Notes: generated from the sequence alone by a model not told the origin. A stretch of 64,000 bases of DNA from Patescibacteria group bacterium (GCA_041674765.1 JBAYVE010000003.1:2040-66039); one strand, 5' to 3'; numbered from the stretch's first letter, positions 18,806 through 29,046 are shown. A program made the numbers and translations.

Positions 18806-19053
18806 TGCTGTTAGTTTAACATAGCTCTAATTCATAAAAAAGATTATTCACTAATATAGATACAAAAAGGAATTTATTTTTTCTTCCCCCTGTCTTCTAA
18901 TTTTATAAAAAAATAGGCTTGCTTGCCTCAAGGTCGTTCATCTCGTCGGGTGCTCCACCTTGACCCAATCAATCCTATTTTTTTGAGTTCTAAACTAGAC
19001 AGGCGGGAAGGTCGATTCGCCGCATTTTATTAATTAAGAGAAAGGAAGTTAGT

Positions 19054-19368
19054 ATGATACTAACTAAAATTATTATGATCTCAATGTTAAATGATAAATT
19101 TAGAAAGAGCGGGTTCGGAGTTACCTTAACTTGCGGAGTGCAATCAGTCACTGATTTGAATGGCTTAATGAGAGCGATTCGAGAGTATGACAACTTTACA
19201 GAGGATAACGATCCGTACGGCGAGCACGACTTCGGTAAGCTAGATTGGAACGGCGATAAAGTCTTTTGGAAGATTGATTACTACAATGAGACATTCGACG
19301 CTTGGGAGGATCCGCTCACTGCTAAGTGCAGACGCGTGATGACTGTGATGCTCGCTGATGAATATTAG
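19054..19368 (+). CDS. small protein, DUF3768-like (NDPYGEHDFG / WKIDYYD / MLA.EY motifs)
   Basis: Recalled DUF3768 signature (NDPYGEHDFG...WKIDYY...TIMLAxEY). This family is mostly seen on plasmids and ICEs. The true start may be an internal Met (MISML or MLNDKF). Confidence 0.5.
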   Translation: MILTKIIMISMLNDKFRKSGFGVTLTCGVQSVTDLNGLMRAIREYDNFTEDNDPYGEHDFGKLDWNGDKVFWKIDYYNETFDAWEDPLTAKCRRVMTVMLADEY

Positions 19369-19377
19369 GTTACTTGG

Positions 19378-19416
19378 GCCTGGGAGTTTATAAGATTCTC
19401 AGGCCTTTTATTTTTC
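19378..19416 (+). terminator. rho-independent terminator after the first DUF3768-like gene
   Basis: GCCTGGGAG-tttataagatt-CTCAGGC stem with G-U pairs, followed by CTTTTATTTTTC. Confidence 0.55.
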
Positions 19417-19443
19417 ACTATAAATTAATAATATAAGGAGATT

Positions 19444-19761
19444 ATGAATCAAGAAGATAAATTTCAAGAAATGGCTAGAAGGAACGATGTCGCAAGGAAG
19501 TTGGGACTTGGACTTACGGTTACCAAGAAAGCAGCTGAACTTCCGGATTTAGAAGAGTTACTTTACGCAGTCCGATCATTTAACAAATTTAGTACGAAGG
19601 ATGACCCCTACGGTTGGCATGATCTGGGTAGGCTTGAATGGAGAGATCAAAGCGTTCTTTGGAAGATTGATTATTATGATCCGACACTTCACTATTTTGC
19701 AGATCCACTATCTGATGATTGCAAGAGAGTTATTACGGTGATGTTAGCTAGCGAGTACTAA
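19444..19761 (+). CDS. tandem paralog of the DUF3768-like protein (about 50% identity over the C-terminal 85 aa)
   Basis: DDPYGWHDLGRLEWRDQSVLWKIDYYDPTLHYFADPLSDDCKRVITVMLASEY aligns with the upstream paralog. RBS AAGGAG. Confidence 0.5.
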   Translation: MNQEDKFQEMARRNDVARKLGLGLTVTKKAAELPDLEELLYAVRSFNKFSTKDDPYGWHDLGRLEWRDQSVLWKIDYYDPTLHYFADPLSDDCKRVITVMLASEY

Positions 19762-19773
19762 GAATATTTTTAG

Positions 19774-19807
19774 CCCGGGAGTCATATCGATTCTCGGGCT
19801 TTTTTGT
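19774..19807. terminator. bidirectional rho-independent terminator (second copy of the same hairpin type)
   Basis: GCCCGGGAG-tcatatcgatt-CTCGGGC followed by TTTTTTG. Lies between convergent genes. Confidence 0.55.
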
Positions 19808-19809
19808 GT

Positions 19810-20451
19810 CTAGTTTGTGATTGACCATTTAGAATTAGGCTCGGTCGGCGGGTACAGATATACTGGTTTTGTTAATGCGGTATCCACCTCTAAAACAATC
19901 CATGTTTCTTTTGTCTCATTTGGTTGAATTAAGAGATCTCTATTATCAAAAGTATAACTTTCGCCGAGTTGTTTTACGTATTCATCGCCAGCAAACGGAT
20001 ATACATCGATTGCCTGTGCAGGGTTATCATTTGTAGCTAGCCAGCCCATTTTTCTACCGAAGTACTTATTGTCACCAGTATTGTTTGTTACTGAGAATTT
20101 CAGTCCAACAATATTTCTTTCATTTTCTTTCAGCAATCCGTTTTTATTATTTGATGGTAGCGTAGCAATGTTTTTCTCCTCGAGCAGTTTAAGCTTTAGG
20201 TCACCAAGATTCGCTTCATTGCCAACACCCTTTATATGTGACAAGTCAATTTTCAATGCATTTTGCTGAGCGGCAACTTCTTCGGTATGCTTTTTTGCAT
20301 CAATTTTTTGTCTTGTATCCTTAATTTTTGAATAACCCCAATATCCAGCTGCAACTAAAATTATTAAAAGGATGATTGTTAAGAAGATTAATAAAATACT
20401 TTTTATTAAAATGGTTACTTTTTTATCAACTGCGTCTAAGTCTTTTTTCAT
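19810..20451 (-). CDS. membrane-anchored secreted protein, DUF4352-like
   Basis: N-terminal TM (ILLIFLTIILLIILVAAGYWGY), then a likely beta-rich extracellular domain (tentative). 213 aa. Confidence 0.4.
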   Translation of the reverse strand: MKKDLDAVDKKVTILIKSILLIFLTIILLIILVAAGYWGYSKIKDTRQKIDAKKHTEEVAAQQNALKIDLSHIKGVGNEANLGDLKLKLLEEKNIATLPSNNKNGLLKENERNIVGLKFSVTNNTGDNKYFGRKMGWLATNDNPAQAIDVYPFAGDEYVKQLGESYTFDNRDLLIQPNETKETWIVLEVDTALTKPVYLYPPTEPNSKWSITN

Positions 20452-20481
20452 GCTTTCCTATCCTTTGTTGTTATTGCTTAA

Positions 20482-21246
20482 TTATAGAATAGTTGAAACA
20501 GAATTGCTAACAATATCATCCTTGGCAACAATAATTATTTTAATATTTTCCATTTCCTCATTTTCAGTAAGCATTCTTTTCGTGAACTTCCTGATTTGGG
20601 TTATTAATTCAATTTCACAGATTAAAATAACTATCGGGAAATCTTCGCCAGTATTATCTTCCCAGCTGTTTGAAAAGTAAAAATCAAAGTAATTTTTAAT
20701 TCTTTTTCTAATTGAGTATGTTGGCAAGTTAGATTCGAATAACTCAACGAGGTAATGTTTTCTTTTGCAACCTTCCGCTTTTTCAATCACTAGATCAAAA
20801 GTGGTTTCGGTTAAAAAATAGTAATCCGAGCTGAGACTAGAAAAGCCGGAACTCGTTGTTACTTTATATGATACATTCTCATCACTCTTATTCCTAAAAT
20901 TAATAAAAATATCGCCGATCAATTGGCATTTGGTGATACAAGAGTCTTTGCGATCTTTTTCCCGATGCAGTTTCTTGAGCTGCTCTTTAGAACAATCAAT
21001 TAATGTCTTAATGAGTTTTATTCCGTTTGGTCCCATGTAGTAAACAGCCGGTTTAGTTCTCTCTATATATTTTTCGCAATAGTTTCTGTTTAGGTATTCT
21101 TTTTCTGTTAGGTCTTTAAGCCATTCGTTTATTAGTCTGTAATCTTTGTGTTTTAGGAGAGCTTGAATTTGGATCCGGTTTAGGAATCTGAAGTGATAGA
21201 TATATTTAAGTATTTCTTGTTGTTTGTTTGTTATTTTAGGTATCAT
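20482..21246 (-). CDS. replication-relaxation family protein (conjugative/mobilisable-element associated wHTH protein)
   Basis: N-terminus ITNKQQEILKYIYHFRFLNRIQIQALL matches the recalled replication-relaxation family pattern (LTxRQxEILxxLxRFRFLTxxQIxxL). Confidence 0.5.
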   Translation of the reverse strand: MIPKITNKQQEILKYIYHFRFLNRIQIQALLKHKDYRLINEWLKDLTEKEYLNRNYCEKYIERTKPAVYYMGPNGIKLIKTLIDCSKEQLKKLHREKDRKDSCITKCQLIGDIFINFRNKSDENVSYKVTTSSGFSSLSSDYYFLTETTFDLVIEKAEGCKRKHYLVELFESNLPTYSIRKRIKNYFDFYFSNSWEDNTGEDFPIVILICEIELITQIRKFTKRMLTENEEMENIKIIIVAKDDIVSNSVSTIL

Positions 21247-21285
21247 ATTTTTTTTGAGGGAGCATTACTTTTTTATTTTCCCTTA

Positions 21286-21321
21286 CACCTACCATACCAT
21301 ATGTATATGTAATGGTAAGTG
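21286..21321. promoter_or_regulatory. imperfect inverted repeat around a CATATGTATATG core, upstream of the replication-relaxation gene
   Basis: CACCTACCATAC-CATATGTATATG-TAATGGTAAGTG; the arms are near-complementary (about 10 of 12). Confidence 0.35.
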
Positions 21322-21361
21322 GACAATATTTTGTAATTTTGATCTTAAAATAGGTCTCTTT

Positions 21362-21383
21362 TTATCCTAGCCTGCTAGGATAA
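21362..21383. repeat. perfect 10-bp inverted repeat TTATCCTAGC-CT-GCTAGGATAA overlapping the stop of the T4CP-like gene
   Basis: Read directly from the sequence. No U-tract on either strand, so unlikely to be a plain intrinsic terminator. Candidate protein-binding or oriT-like palindrome. Confidence 0.5.
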
Positions 21384-24044
21384 TTCTGCAAACTGATTAG
21401 TCTCTTTTGAGGAGACTTTCTGCGCCTTCTTTACAGCCTTTTTCTTTGTAGTTTTTACCTTAACCTCTGGCTTAGGTTTACTGGATTCATCCAGCCGACC
21501 AGTAAAGAGTTTGTCCAAATACTCTTCGACTTCTTGTCGAGGAGTAGCATTGTGTTTTCTGGAATGTTTCAGGACTTCTTCTTTTATGATTCTACTTGGT
21601 TCATTATCCAGTGGTACAGTCACGCCAGAAAAGGCATTCTCACTTTTCTCGTTCGTGAGCTTCATAAAGAAGCGGTATGGAGGGAGATTTACGATATCTC
21701 CCTTTTCAACTTCCGGCTCCATGAAGGGCAGGATAAACTTCTCGTCATCAGGACTGGCCTTGAGACAAATAATTGTATTTGCATTGCCGGCGACAACTTT
21801 TAGAATATGCTGGTCTTCGACTTGAGCAATGTTTTGGTGAGAAGCAATCAAAGAAACATGGTATTTTCTGCCTTCTGAGGTAATCTCCGAAAACCGAGGG
21901 GTAGCAAAGTTTTGAAACTCATCAACATAAAGAAAGAAATCTCTGCGTTCTTTCTCCGGTATCTTTGTTCTCTGATAAGCGGCCATCCAGATGAGGGAAG
22001 TCAAAACAGTACCAAAGAAGAAGCTCATATCCTCGCCCAGATCGCCCTTGGATAGGTTTACAAGCAATATCTTGCCTTCATCCATAATTTGGCTAACGCT
22101 GACCGTACTCTTCTCCTGCAAAAGAATGTGGCGAGACATTTTGGTAGTAATGAAATTGCCTAGTCTCTGGGTTAGTGGAGCAGTCACGCTTGATAACTGC
22201 ATCGTGCCCAAAAGGGCGAATTCCTTATTCCAAAACTGTTTTAATACTGGATCCTTTAGATTAGCGGCAACTTTCTTTTGATAGCCTTTATCAGTCAACA
22301 ATCTTTGCAATGTAAAAAGGCTTGGATTTTCGGTATGTAATGCCGTAAGAGTTGTATTCCTTAAGATATGCTCCATTCTCGGACCCCAATATTCTTTGGC
22401 AGTAATTTTGGCAAACACACCCAAGACCGAGCTTGTGATCCATTCCTGCTCATCCTCTTTATCGGTAAATTTGATGCCAGGGGCAAGAATATTCAAACCA
22501 ATCGGCCATTGTCGATCAGAGGGGTCGAAAACTATTACATCTTCCTTTCTGTTTTCTGGAATGATTTCTAGGAGTTCCTGCAAGAGATCGCCATGCGGAT
22601 CGAAAACGGCCAAGCCTTTGCCGTTTAGCATGTCCTGATAGATGGCGTTTTTAAGCAAGGTAGTTTTGCCCATGCCAGTTTTACCGATGATATACATGTG
22701 CTTTTGGCGCTGTTCTAGTGTTAAACCAATTGGGACATTACCGTTATCGTATTTGTTCACACCAAAGATTACATCGTAATTATTATCGGTTTGGCGAAGT
22801 GATAAAGGTGCTGGCAGTTCTCTGCTTTTCACTCTCATTAGGTCAGGTGTATCGGAATCAGCCCGAAATGGGAAATGATAGAGGGCCGATATCTCCGAAG
22901 TCGAAAGAATCATCGATGATGAAACAAGATGATATTTAAACTGCCATAGTCTAATCCTCTGGCTAATGTTGCCGAGCAAATTTATTTTAGTAGTTATACT
23001 TTGTCCAGTTGAGTGCCTGTAACAAGCAAACGAAGAGATTAGTCCTTTCTGTCTTTCTTTTAATTGATGCTTATTTGTCACAATCAACGCCCTGATTGAG
23101 GTCTCAAAGAGCGGTTGTGAAAGCTTGGTCTTCACAAAGCCTTCAATTTCTTTTGATTCTGGAGTGGATGCAATCTTTGTCTTTGATCTTTCCGGCAATT
23201 TGCCTTCATTCCCTGTCACAAATTCAGCAGCAACAAGCAAAGGCATTACAGCGATTTTGGCAACGCTATCTAAAATATTTGCCAACACTGAAAAGAGATC
23301 GATCTTACCCTTACCACTTAGCCATTCGACAAACCGATCGCGTTTGATCGAAAGTTTTATTTCTTGGATTTTATCCCTAGTTAATCGTTGTTCTATTCGA
23401 TTTAACGGTTTTAAGACTATTTGGATGACGGCGAGTTCATCCTCTTCAAGTTTGCCCATATTATTTACCATATATGCCAACGGGTCATGCTTTTTTAGAT
23501 CTTTGTGTTCGCCGATTGGAAAGGCAAAATGTTTAGAGAGCTTAAAATCTAAAACTTTCACCTCTTTTTTCTCGATATCGGTTTCGACTAGATAATCGGA
23601 TGTTTTCTTAATCTGGATGCCTGGTATATAAGTGCGTAAATTAGTTTCGAAAGAGTTAACTAAATCATCAGGCATTCGAATTAAAAACCGGATGCCTTTT
23701 TCTTTGGTAGAAACAATCTCAAATGATGCTATTATTTGCCTAAGCAAAATTTTATCAATCCATGAGTTATTGTCCAAAAGATCGTTGATGAGATTAAAGA
23801 GCTGAGTAGTCGAGATCGCTGTAATTTCAGTTTCTTTAGGAGGAGTAATCTCCAAGAAAACAGATGATTCTTTGAGCTGGCGAATCAGAATTATTAATTT
23901 AAAAATGACCGCAAGGACAATCCAGGCGGACACAATATATGCAAGATAAACTAGTACTTGAATTGCAATTTGATCGAAATGGTATCGATTAAAAAGTTGA
24001 GTGATCTGATCTAAAGTTGGTGTTTCTGTTGGCGCTAAATGCAC
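21375..24044 (-). CDS. type IV coupling protein-like ATPase (VirD4/TraD/TraG-like; AAA_10-type)
   Basis: N-terminal TM helix. Walker A IIGKTGMGKTTL followed by AVFDPHGDL (cf. T4CP DPKGD), Walker B FFLYVDEFQNF, and SLIASHQN. 889 aa. Confidence 0.55.
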   Translation of the reverse strand: MHLAPTETPTLDQITQLFNRYHFDQIAIQVLVYLAYIVSAWIVLAVIFKLIILIRQLKESSVFLEITPPKETEITAISTTQLFNLINDLLDNNSWIDKILLRQIIASFEIVSTKEKGIRFLIRMPDDLVNSFETNLRTYIPGIQIKKTSDYLVETDIEKKEVKVLDFKLSKHFAFPIGEHKDLKKHDPLAYMVNNMGKLEEDELAVIQIVLKPLNRIEQRLTRDKIQEIKLSIKRDRFVEWLSGKGKIDLFSVLANILDSVAKIAVMPLLVAAEFVTGNEGKLPERSKTKIASTPESKEIEGFVKTKLSQPLFETSIRALIVTNKHQLKERQKGLISSFACYRHSTGQSITTKINLLGNISQRIRLWQFKYHLVSSSMILSTSEISALYHFPFRADSDTPDLMRVKSRELPAPLSLRQTDNNYDVIFGVNKYDNGNVPIGLTLEQRQKHMYIIGKTGMGKTTLLKNAIYQDMLNGKGLAVFDPHGDLLQELLEIIPENRKEDVIVFDPSDRQWPIGLNILAPGIKFTDKEDEQEWITSSVLGVFAKITAKEYWGPRMEHILRNTTLTALHTENPSLFTLQRLLTDKGYQKKVAANLKDPVLKQFWNKEFALLGTMQLSSVTAPLTQRLGNFITTKMSRHILLQEKSTVSVSQIMDEGKILLVNLSKGDLGEDMSFFFGTVLTSLIWMAAYQRTKIPEKERRDFFLYVDEFQNFATPRFSEITSEGRKYHVSLIASHQNIAQVEDQHILKVVAGNANTIICLKASPDDEKFILPFMEPEVEKGDIVNLPPYRFFMKLTNEKSENAFSGVTVPLDNEPSRIIKEEVLKHSRKHNATPRQEVEEYLDKLFTGRLDESSKPKPEVKVKTTKKKAVKKAQKVSSKETNQFAELS

Positions 24045-24318
24045 AATATATCACTTTCTCCCCATCCAATTTAGCAATTCCTTCTTATATTAGGACTATC
24101 ATAATTTTTCATACATTGCAAAGATACTCAAAAAAGAGCTTGCAATACCTATTTATCACAAAAGATATTAAATATTACTTAAGTAAAAATTAATAAGTTT
24201 TTAACCTTTTTTTAATATACTATGACAAACGCTTATTTCTTTAAGAAAGTGTTTATTAACCAACCGCAAAGTGATATGCTAAAGTTAGAAAATTATAAAA
24301 ATATTTGAGGTAACAATC

Positions 24319-26103
24319 ATGCAAAAATATGCCGTCAATCAATACCTGATCGGGAATATCCTAAGCGATGTGCAAATGGGACAGATCGCTATTCCTGAAA
24401 TTCAGCGTCCTTTTGTCTGGGATTCTGTAAAAGTCCGCGATCTGATGGACTCACTATACAAAGGTTTTCCTGTTGGCTATATCATTGCTTGGAAGAACCC
24501 TGATGTTCGTCTTAAAGATGGAACAATCTCATCCGGTAAAAAAGTGTTGATTGATGGACAGCAGCGTGTCACGGCTCTCAGGGCTGCTATTCTTGGCGAA
24601 AAAGTAGTTGATAAGGATTACAAAGAAGTCCGAATCCAGATTGCCTTCAATCCTTTAACCGAAGAGTTTGCTACCGTTACTCCCGCTATCAAGAAAGATA
24701 TTCAGTGGATCCCTGATATCTCTAGCTTTTTAAAGTATGAAGATATCTTCACCGTTGTAGAAGACTATTGTGATAAAAATACCGAGGCAAATCGCAAGCA
24801 AATTGGCGAGCGATTTCAAAAATTGCTTTCTATAAAAAATAAACAGATTGGTTTTATCGAGCTTATGGAAAGCCTCGATATCGAAACAGTAACTGAGATT
24901 TTTATCAGAATTAACTCTAAAGGCGTTGTTCTATCTCAGGCAGATTTCGCTATGAGCAAGATTGCTTCATCTGGCGACTTTGGTGTTAATCTTCGAAAGT
25001 TAATTGATTACTTCTGCCACTTAGCTAGAGAACCAAAGTTTTTCAAACAGATCAGTGAAAATGACTCAGAATTCATCAATACCGGATACCTTGAAAAGAT
25101 TTCATGGCTGAAAGATGCAAACGATGATTTATACGATCCTGATTACTCCGATGTTATCCGCGTTGCTTTCACCAAGAACTTCGAACGTGGGAAACTATCG
25201 GATTTGGTCAGTCTTCTTTCTGGTAGGAACTTTGAGACAAGAGAGTATGAGGAAGCAATTATTAAATCCACTTTCCAAAAACTTGAGAAAGGGCTTCTTG
25301 ATTTTACCAATCAGGCCAACTTCGAAAAATTTGTGATGATCATTAAGTCAACTGGATTCTGTTCCTCAAGCTTGATTAATTCTCAGAATGCACTCAACTT
25401 TGCTTACGCACTATATCTAAAGATGAGAGATCAGAATATTCATCAGGGCATTATAGAAAAAGTTGTTAAGCGATGGTTTGTGATGTCTGTGTTAACAGGG
25501 CGCTATTCCGGCTCTGCAGAATCAACATTTGATTTTGATATCAAGAATATTGTTAAACATGGGGCCGAAGCCTATTTGAAGGAAATCGAAGATTCAACTC
25601 TTTCTGACGGTTTTTGGAATGTTGGCTTAGTCCAAGAATTAGATAAATCGAGTAACTCGAATCCATTCTTAAACGCTTTCTGGGCGGCTCAAATTTACTT
25701 TAACGACGAAGGCTTTCTCTCTAGTGATATTAAAGTCAAGGACATGATTGAATATCGAGGTGATATTCATCATCTTTTCCCGAGGGATTATATCCGCAGA
25801 ACATATTCCTCCAAGAGCGATTACAATCAAATCGCAAATTTTGTCTATCTTCAGCAAGAAATCAACATTGCTATTGGCAACAAATCGCCGAAGGAATACT
25901 TTGGCGAGATTCTAAATCAGATAGAAACCGGCAAACACAAATACGGCAATATTATGGATAGAGACCATCTCAAAGAAAATTTAGCAAAACATTGTATTCC
26001 CGAATTAATTTTTGATGCTACTTCTGATAATTACATGGATTTTCTTGTTGCTCGTCGTAAATTGATGGCTAAGAAAATTGAGAAATATTATAAGAGTCTA
26101 TAA
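24319..26103 (+). CDS. DUF262 (ParB-like DGQQR) plus DUF1524 (HNH/His-Me finger) protein, GmrSD/type-IV-restriction-like
   Basis: N-terminal IPEIQRPFVW...LIDGQQRVTAL. C-terminal DIHHLFPRDY...N..K motifs. Confidence 0.8.
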   Translation: MQKYAVNQYLIGNILSDVQMGQIAIPEIQRPFVWDSVKVRDLMDSLYKGFPVGYIIAWKNPDVRLKDGTISSGKKVLIDGQQRVTALRAAILGEKVVDKDYKEVRIQIAFNPLTEEFATVTPAIKKDIQWIPDISSFLKYEDIFTVVEDYCDKNTEANRKQIGERFQKLLSIKNKQIGFIELMESLDIETVTEIFIRINSKGVVLSQADFAMSKIASSGDFGVNLRKLIDYFCHLAREPKFFKQISENDSEFINTGYLEKISWLKDANDDLYDPDYSDVIRVAFTKNFERGKLSDLVSLLSGRNFETREYEEAIIKSTFQKLEKGLLDFTNQANFEKFVMIIKSTGFCSSSLINSQNALNFAYALYLKMRDQNIHQGIIEKVVKRWFVMSVLTGRYSGSAESTFDFDIKNIVKHGAEAYLKEIEDSTLSDGFWNVGLVQELDKSSNSNPFLNAFWAAQIYFNDEGFLSSDIKVKDMIEYRGDIHHLFPRDYIRRTYSSKSDYNQIANFVYLQQEINIAIGNKSPKEYFGEILNQIETGKHKYGNIMDRDHLKENLAKHCIPELIFDATSDNYMDFLVARRKLMAKKIEKYYKSL

Positions 26104-29043
26104 ATGAAGATAACCGATTATCACGCTAAATATTTTGCTTATGAGCTCACCAAACGGTGTGCTTCTGATAGTTTGGAAAAGCTATCATCAACGCTCTCAA
26201 ACGCTCAAGTCGATTTAAACCCACATCAAATAGAGGCAGCTCTTTTTGCCTTCAAATCACCTTTATCAAAAGGCGCGATTCTGGCCGATGAAGTTGGTCT
26301 CGGGAAAACAATTGAAGCTGGACTAGTTCTTTCGCAAAAATGGGCCGAGAGAAAAAGAAAGATACTTCTAATTGTGCCATCCAGTCTTAGAAAGCAGTGG
26401 AATTCAGAGCTCCAAGAAAAGTTTTTCCTTCCTTCAATCATTCTTGAGGCAAAATCATTTAATCAATATATCAAGGACGGTAATCTCAATCCTTTTGATC
26501 AAGATAGCGCCATTATAATTTGTTCCTATCATTTTGCTAAAGCGAAATCACCTTACATCAAGCAAACATCCTTTGATCTGGTTGTTATTGATGAGGCTCA
26601 TAGATTGCGCAATGTATATAAAACAAGCAATAAAATTGCCCGTGAAATAAAAGCGGCCGTTCAAGATTATCCAAAACTGTTACTGACGGCAACTCCGCTT
26701 CAAAACTCGTTACTTGAATTGTATGGATTAACTAGCATCATTGATGATCATATCTTCGGTGATATCAATAGTTTCAAGGCTAACTACGCCAAGGTCTCCA
26801 GAGAACAAGAGACTTACGAAAGCGAACTTGGCTTAGTTACACCTCGGCAAGAAATGTTTGAAGATTTACGAAATCGTCTTAAGCCGATTTGTATTCGCAC
26901 ACTTCGCAGACAGGTATTAGAATATATCAATTACCGTGATCGTAAACCAATTACACAAGACTACATTCCGACCGATCAAGAGATTAAATTGTATGACGGT
27001 ATGTCAGATTATTTGCAACGAGAAAAACTCTACGCTTTGCCATTCAGTCAGCGCCAACTCATGACTCTTATTTTGCGCAAACTTCTTGCATCGTCATCCT
27101 TCGCAATTGCCAGCACCTTGAATGGACTTGTTCATAAACTTGAGAGATTAGAGGATGAAATAAGAGCAGAGGCAGTTTCTCAAGATAGCGATATGACTTT
27201 AGGTCTTGAGGATAACTATGAAGCATATTCCGATACAGCTGATGAATGGATCGATGACGAAGAGGATGATGGTGATAGCGACGAAAAAGAAAAGACAAAA
27301 TTCACTACCAAAGATATTCCTGCCATTCGCGAAGAGAAAAAAGACTTGGAAAAATTCAGGGATCTAGCGAAAGCCATATTCAAGAACTCAAAGGGAGAAT
27401 CTTTGCTAATTGCCTTGGAAAAAGGCTTTGAGATGACCGAAACGCTCGGTGCACAGAAGAAAGCAGTAATTTTTACAGAATCTAAAATCACCCAAGACTA
27501 CCTTTGGAAACTATTATCGGATAGTGGCTACAAAGATAAAATTCTTCTGTTTAATGGCTCGAACAATGATCAGAAATCAAAAGATATTTACGCCGAATGG
27601 CTCAAGGCCAATCAAGTTAGTGATAAAATAACCGGCTCAAAAACAGCCGATCTTCGGGCGGCTCTCGTTGATTATTTCAAAACAGACGCAGAGATTATGA
27701 TTGCTACTGAGGCAGCAGCCGAAGGCATTAATTTACAATTCTGTTCACTCGTTATTAACTATGATCTTCCATGGAACCCGCAAAGAATCGAACAGAGAAT
27801 AGGCCGCTGTCATCGCTACGGCCAGAAACATGATGTTGTAGTTGTAAACTTCGTCAATCGTAAGAATGCCGCCGATCAAAGGGTTTACGAGCTTCTCGAT
27901 CAGAAATTCCAGCTTTTCAAAGGCGTGTTCGGAGCAAGCGATGAAGTACTTGGTTGCATTGAGTCAGGCGTAGACTTTGAAAAAAGAATTGCCGCAATTT
28001 ATCAATCTTGCCGCACCGAAGAAGAGATCAACTCGGCATTTGACGCGTTGCAATCTGAAATGGATGAATCAATTCAAGAAGGTATTCGTGGCGCAAAAGA
28101 AAAACTATTGGAAAACTTTGATGCCGATGTACATGAAAAACTAAAAATAAATTTGCGTGAAAGCAAGGCATTTCTGGAAACTTATGAAAAATGGCTTTGG
28201 GACATTTCTCAATATTATCTTGGCGATAAAGCAAATTATGCTGAGAACGAATACTCTTTCACACTTAAACAGAATCCTTTTCCAAGAGAAGAGATTGAGG
28301 AAGGTCCTTATAAAATTGGTAAAAATATAGATGATGCTCATATTTACCGCCCAGGTCATCCCCTCGCCGAAAGAATACTACGAGAAGTAAAATCGCGAGA
28401 GCTTTCTGATGCTGAGGTAACTTTTGATTATTCTAATCATGGTCAGATCATTTCCCCAATAAAAGAACTGGTCGGTACTAGTGGCATTATACAGGTGTCT
28501 GAATTATCAATTGATTCTTTTGAAACAGAAGACAATATTTTAGTTACTGCCGTGAAAGATAATGGTGATCTAATTGAAGAAGATATCGCTAAAAAATTAT
28601 TCCTTCTTGACGCTGAGATAAATAACAGCAATATAGATTTAGTAAACGATGGAATCGGTGATAAGGAACAAGAAAAGGCGAATACTCTCACGGCGAGTAT
28701 TGCAGAACGCAACAGCGAGTTCTTTGACGACGAGGTGGACAAGCTCGACAAATGGGCGGAAGATATAAAAAAGAGTCTTGAGATAGAACTTAAGCGTATG
28801 GATATCGATATTAAAGCAGCTAAAACGAATGCTAAAAAGGTTCTAAATCTTCAGGAAAAAATCAAAATCCAGCGTGAAATAAAGGATTCGGAAAAGAAAA
28901 GAAACGACTTACGGCAGAAGCTTTATCAGGCCCAAGATCAAGTGGACACCAAAAAAGAAGAACTACTTGAGAAAGTTGAGGCTCAACTGAAACAGAAAAC
29001 CACACTTACAAAATTATTCACTCTAAAATATAAGGTAATTTAA
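26104..29043 (+). CDS. SNF2-family helicase/ATPase with a C-terminal coiled-coil
   Basis: Motifs I LADEVGLGKTIEAG, II VVIDEAHRLRN, III LLTATPLQNSLLEL, V-VI ...NYDLPWNPQRIEQRIGRCHRYGQ. Start abuts the stop of the upstream gene. Confidence 0.85.
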   Translation: MKITDYHAKYFAYELTKRCASDSLEKLSSTLSNAQVDLNPHQIEAALFAFKSPLSKGAILADEVGLGKTIEAGLVLSQKWAERKRKILLIVPSSLRKQWNSELQEKFFLPSIILEAKSFNQYIKDGNLNPFDQDSAIIICSYHFAKAKSPYIKQTSFDLVVIDEAHRLRNVYKTSNKIAREIKAAVQDYPKLLLTATPLQNSLLELYGLTSIIDDHIFGDINSFKANYAKVSREQETYESELGLVTPRQEMFEDLRNRLKPICIRTLRRQVLEYINYRDRKPITQDYIPTDQEIKLYDGMSDYLQREKLYALPFSQRQLMTLILRKLLASSSFAIASTLNGLVHKLERLEDEIRAEAVSQDSDMTLGLEDNYEAYSDTADEWIDDEEDDGDSDEKEKTKFTTKDIPAIREEKKDLEKFRDLAKAIFKNSKGESLLIALEKGFEMTETLGAQKKAVIFTESKITQDYLWKLLSDSGYKDKILLFNGSNNDQKSKDIYAEWLKANQVSDKITGSKTADLRAALVDYFKTDAEIMIATEAAAEGINLQFCSLVINYDLPWNPQRIEQRIGRCHRYGQKHDVVVVNFVNRKNAADQRVYELLDQKFQLFKGVFGASDEVLGCIESGVDFEKRIAAIYQSCRTEEEINSAFDALQSEMDESIQEGIRGAKEKLLENFDADVHEKLKINLRESKAFLETYEKWLWDISQYYLGDKANYAENEYSFTLKQNPFPREEIEEGPYKIGKNIDDAHIYRPGHPLAERILREVKSRELSDAEVTFDYSNHGQIISPIKELVGTSGIIQVSELSIDSFETEDNILVTAVKDNGDLIEEDIAKKLFLLDAEINNSNIDLVNDGIGDKEQEKANTLTASIAERNSEFFDDEVDKLDKWAEDIKKSLEIELKRMDIDIKAAKTNAKKVLNLQEKIKIQREIKDSEKKRNDLRQKLYQAQDQVDTKKEELLEKVEAQLKQKTTLTKLFTLKYKVI

Positions 29044-29046
29044 GCC

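Noticed and set aside
18990-19193. 67-aa minus-strand ORF overlapping the start of the first DUF3768-like gene
   Set aside because: It overlaps a better-supported plus-strand gene and its RBS. No motif was recognised.
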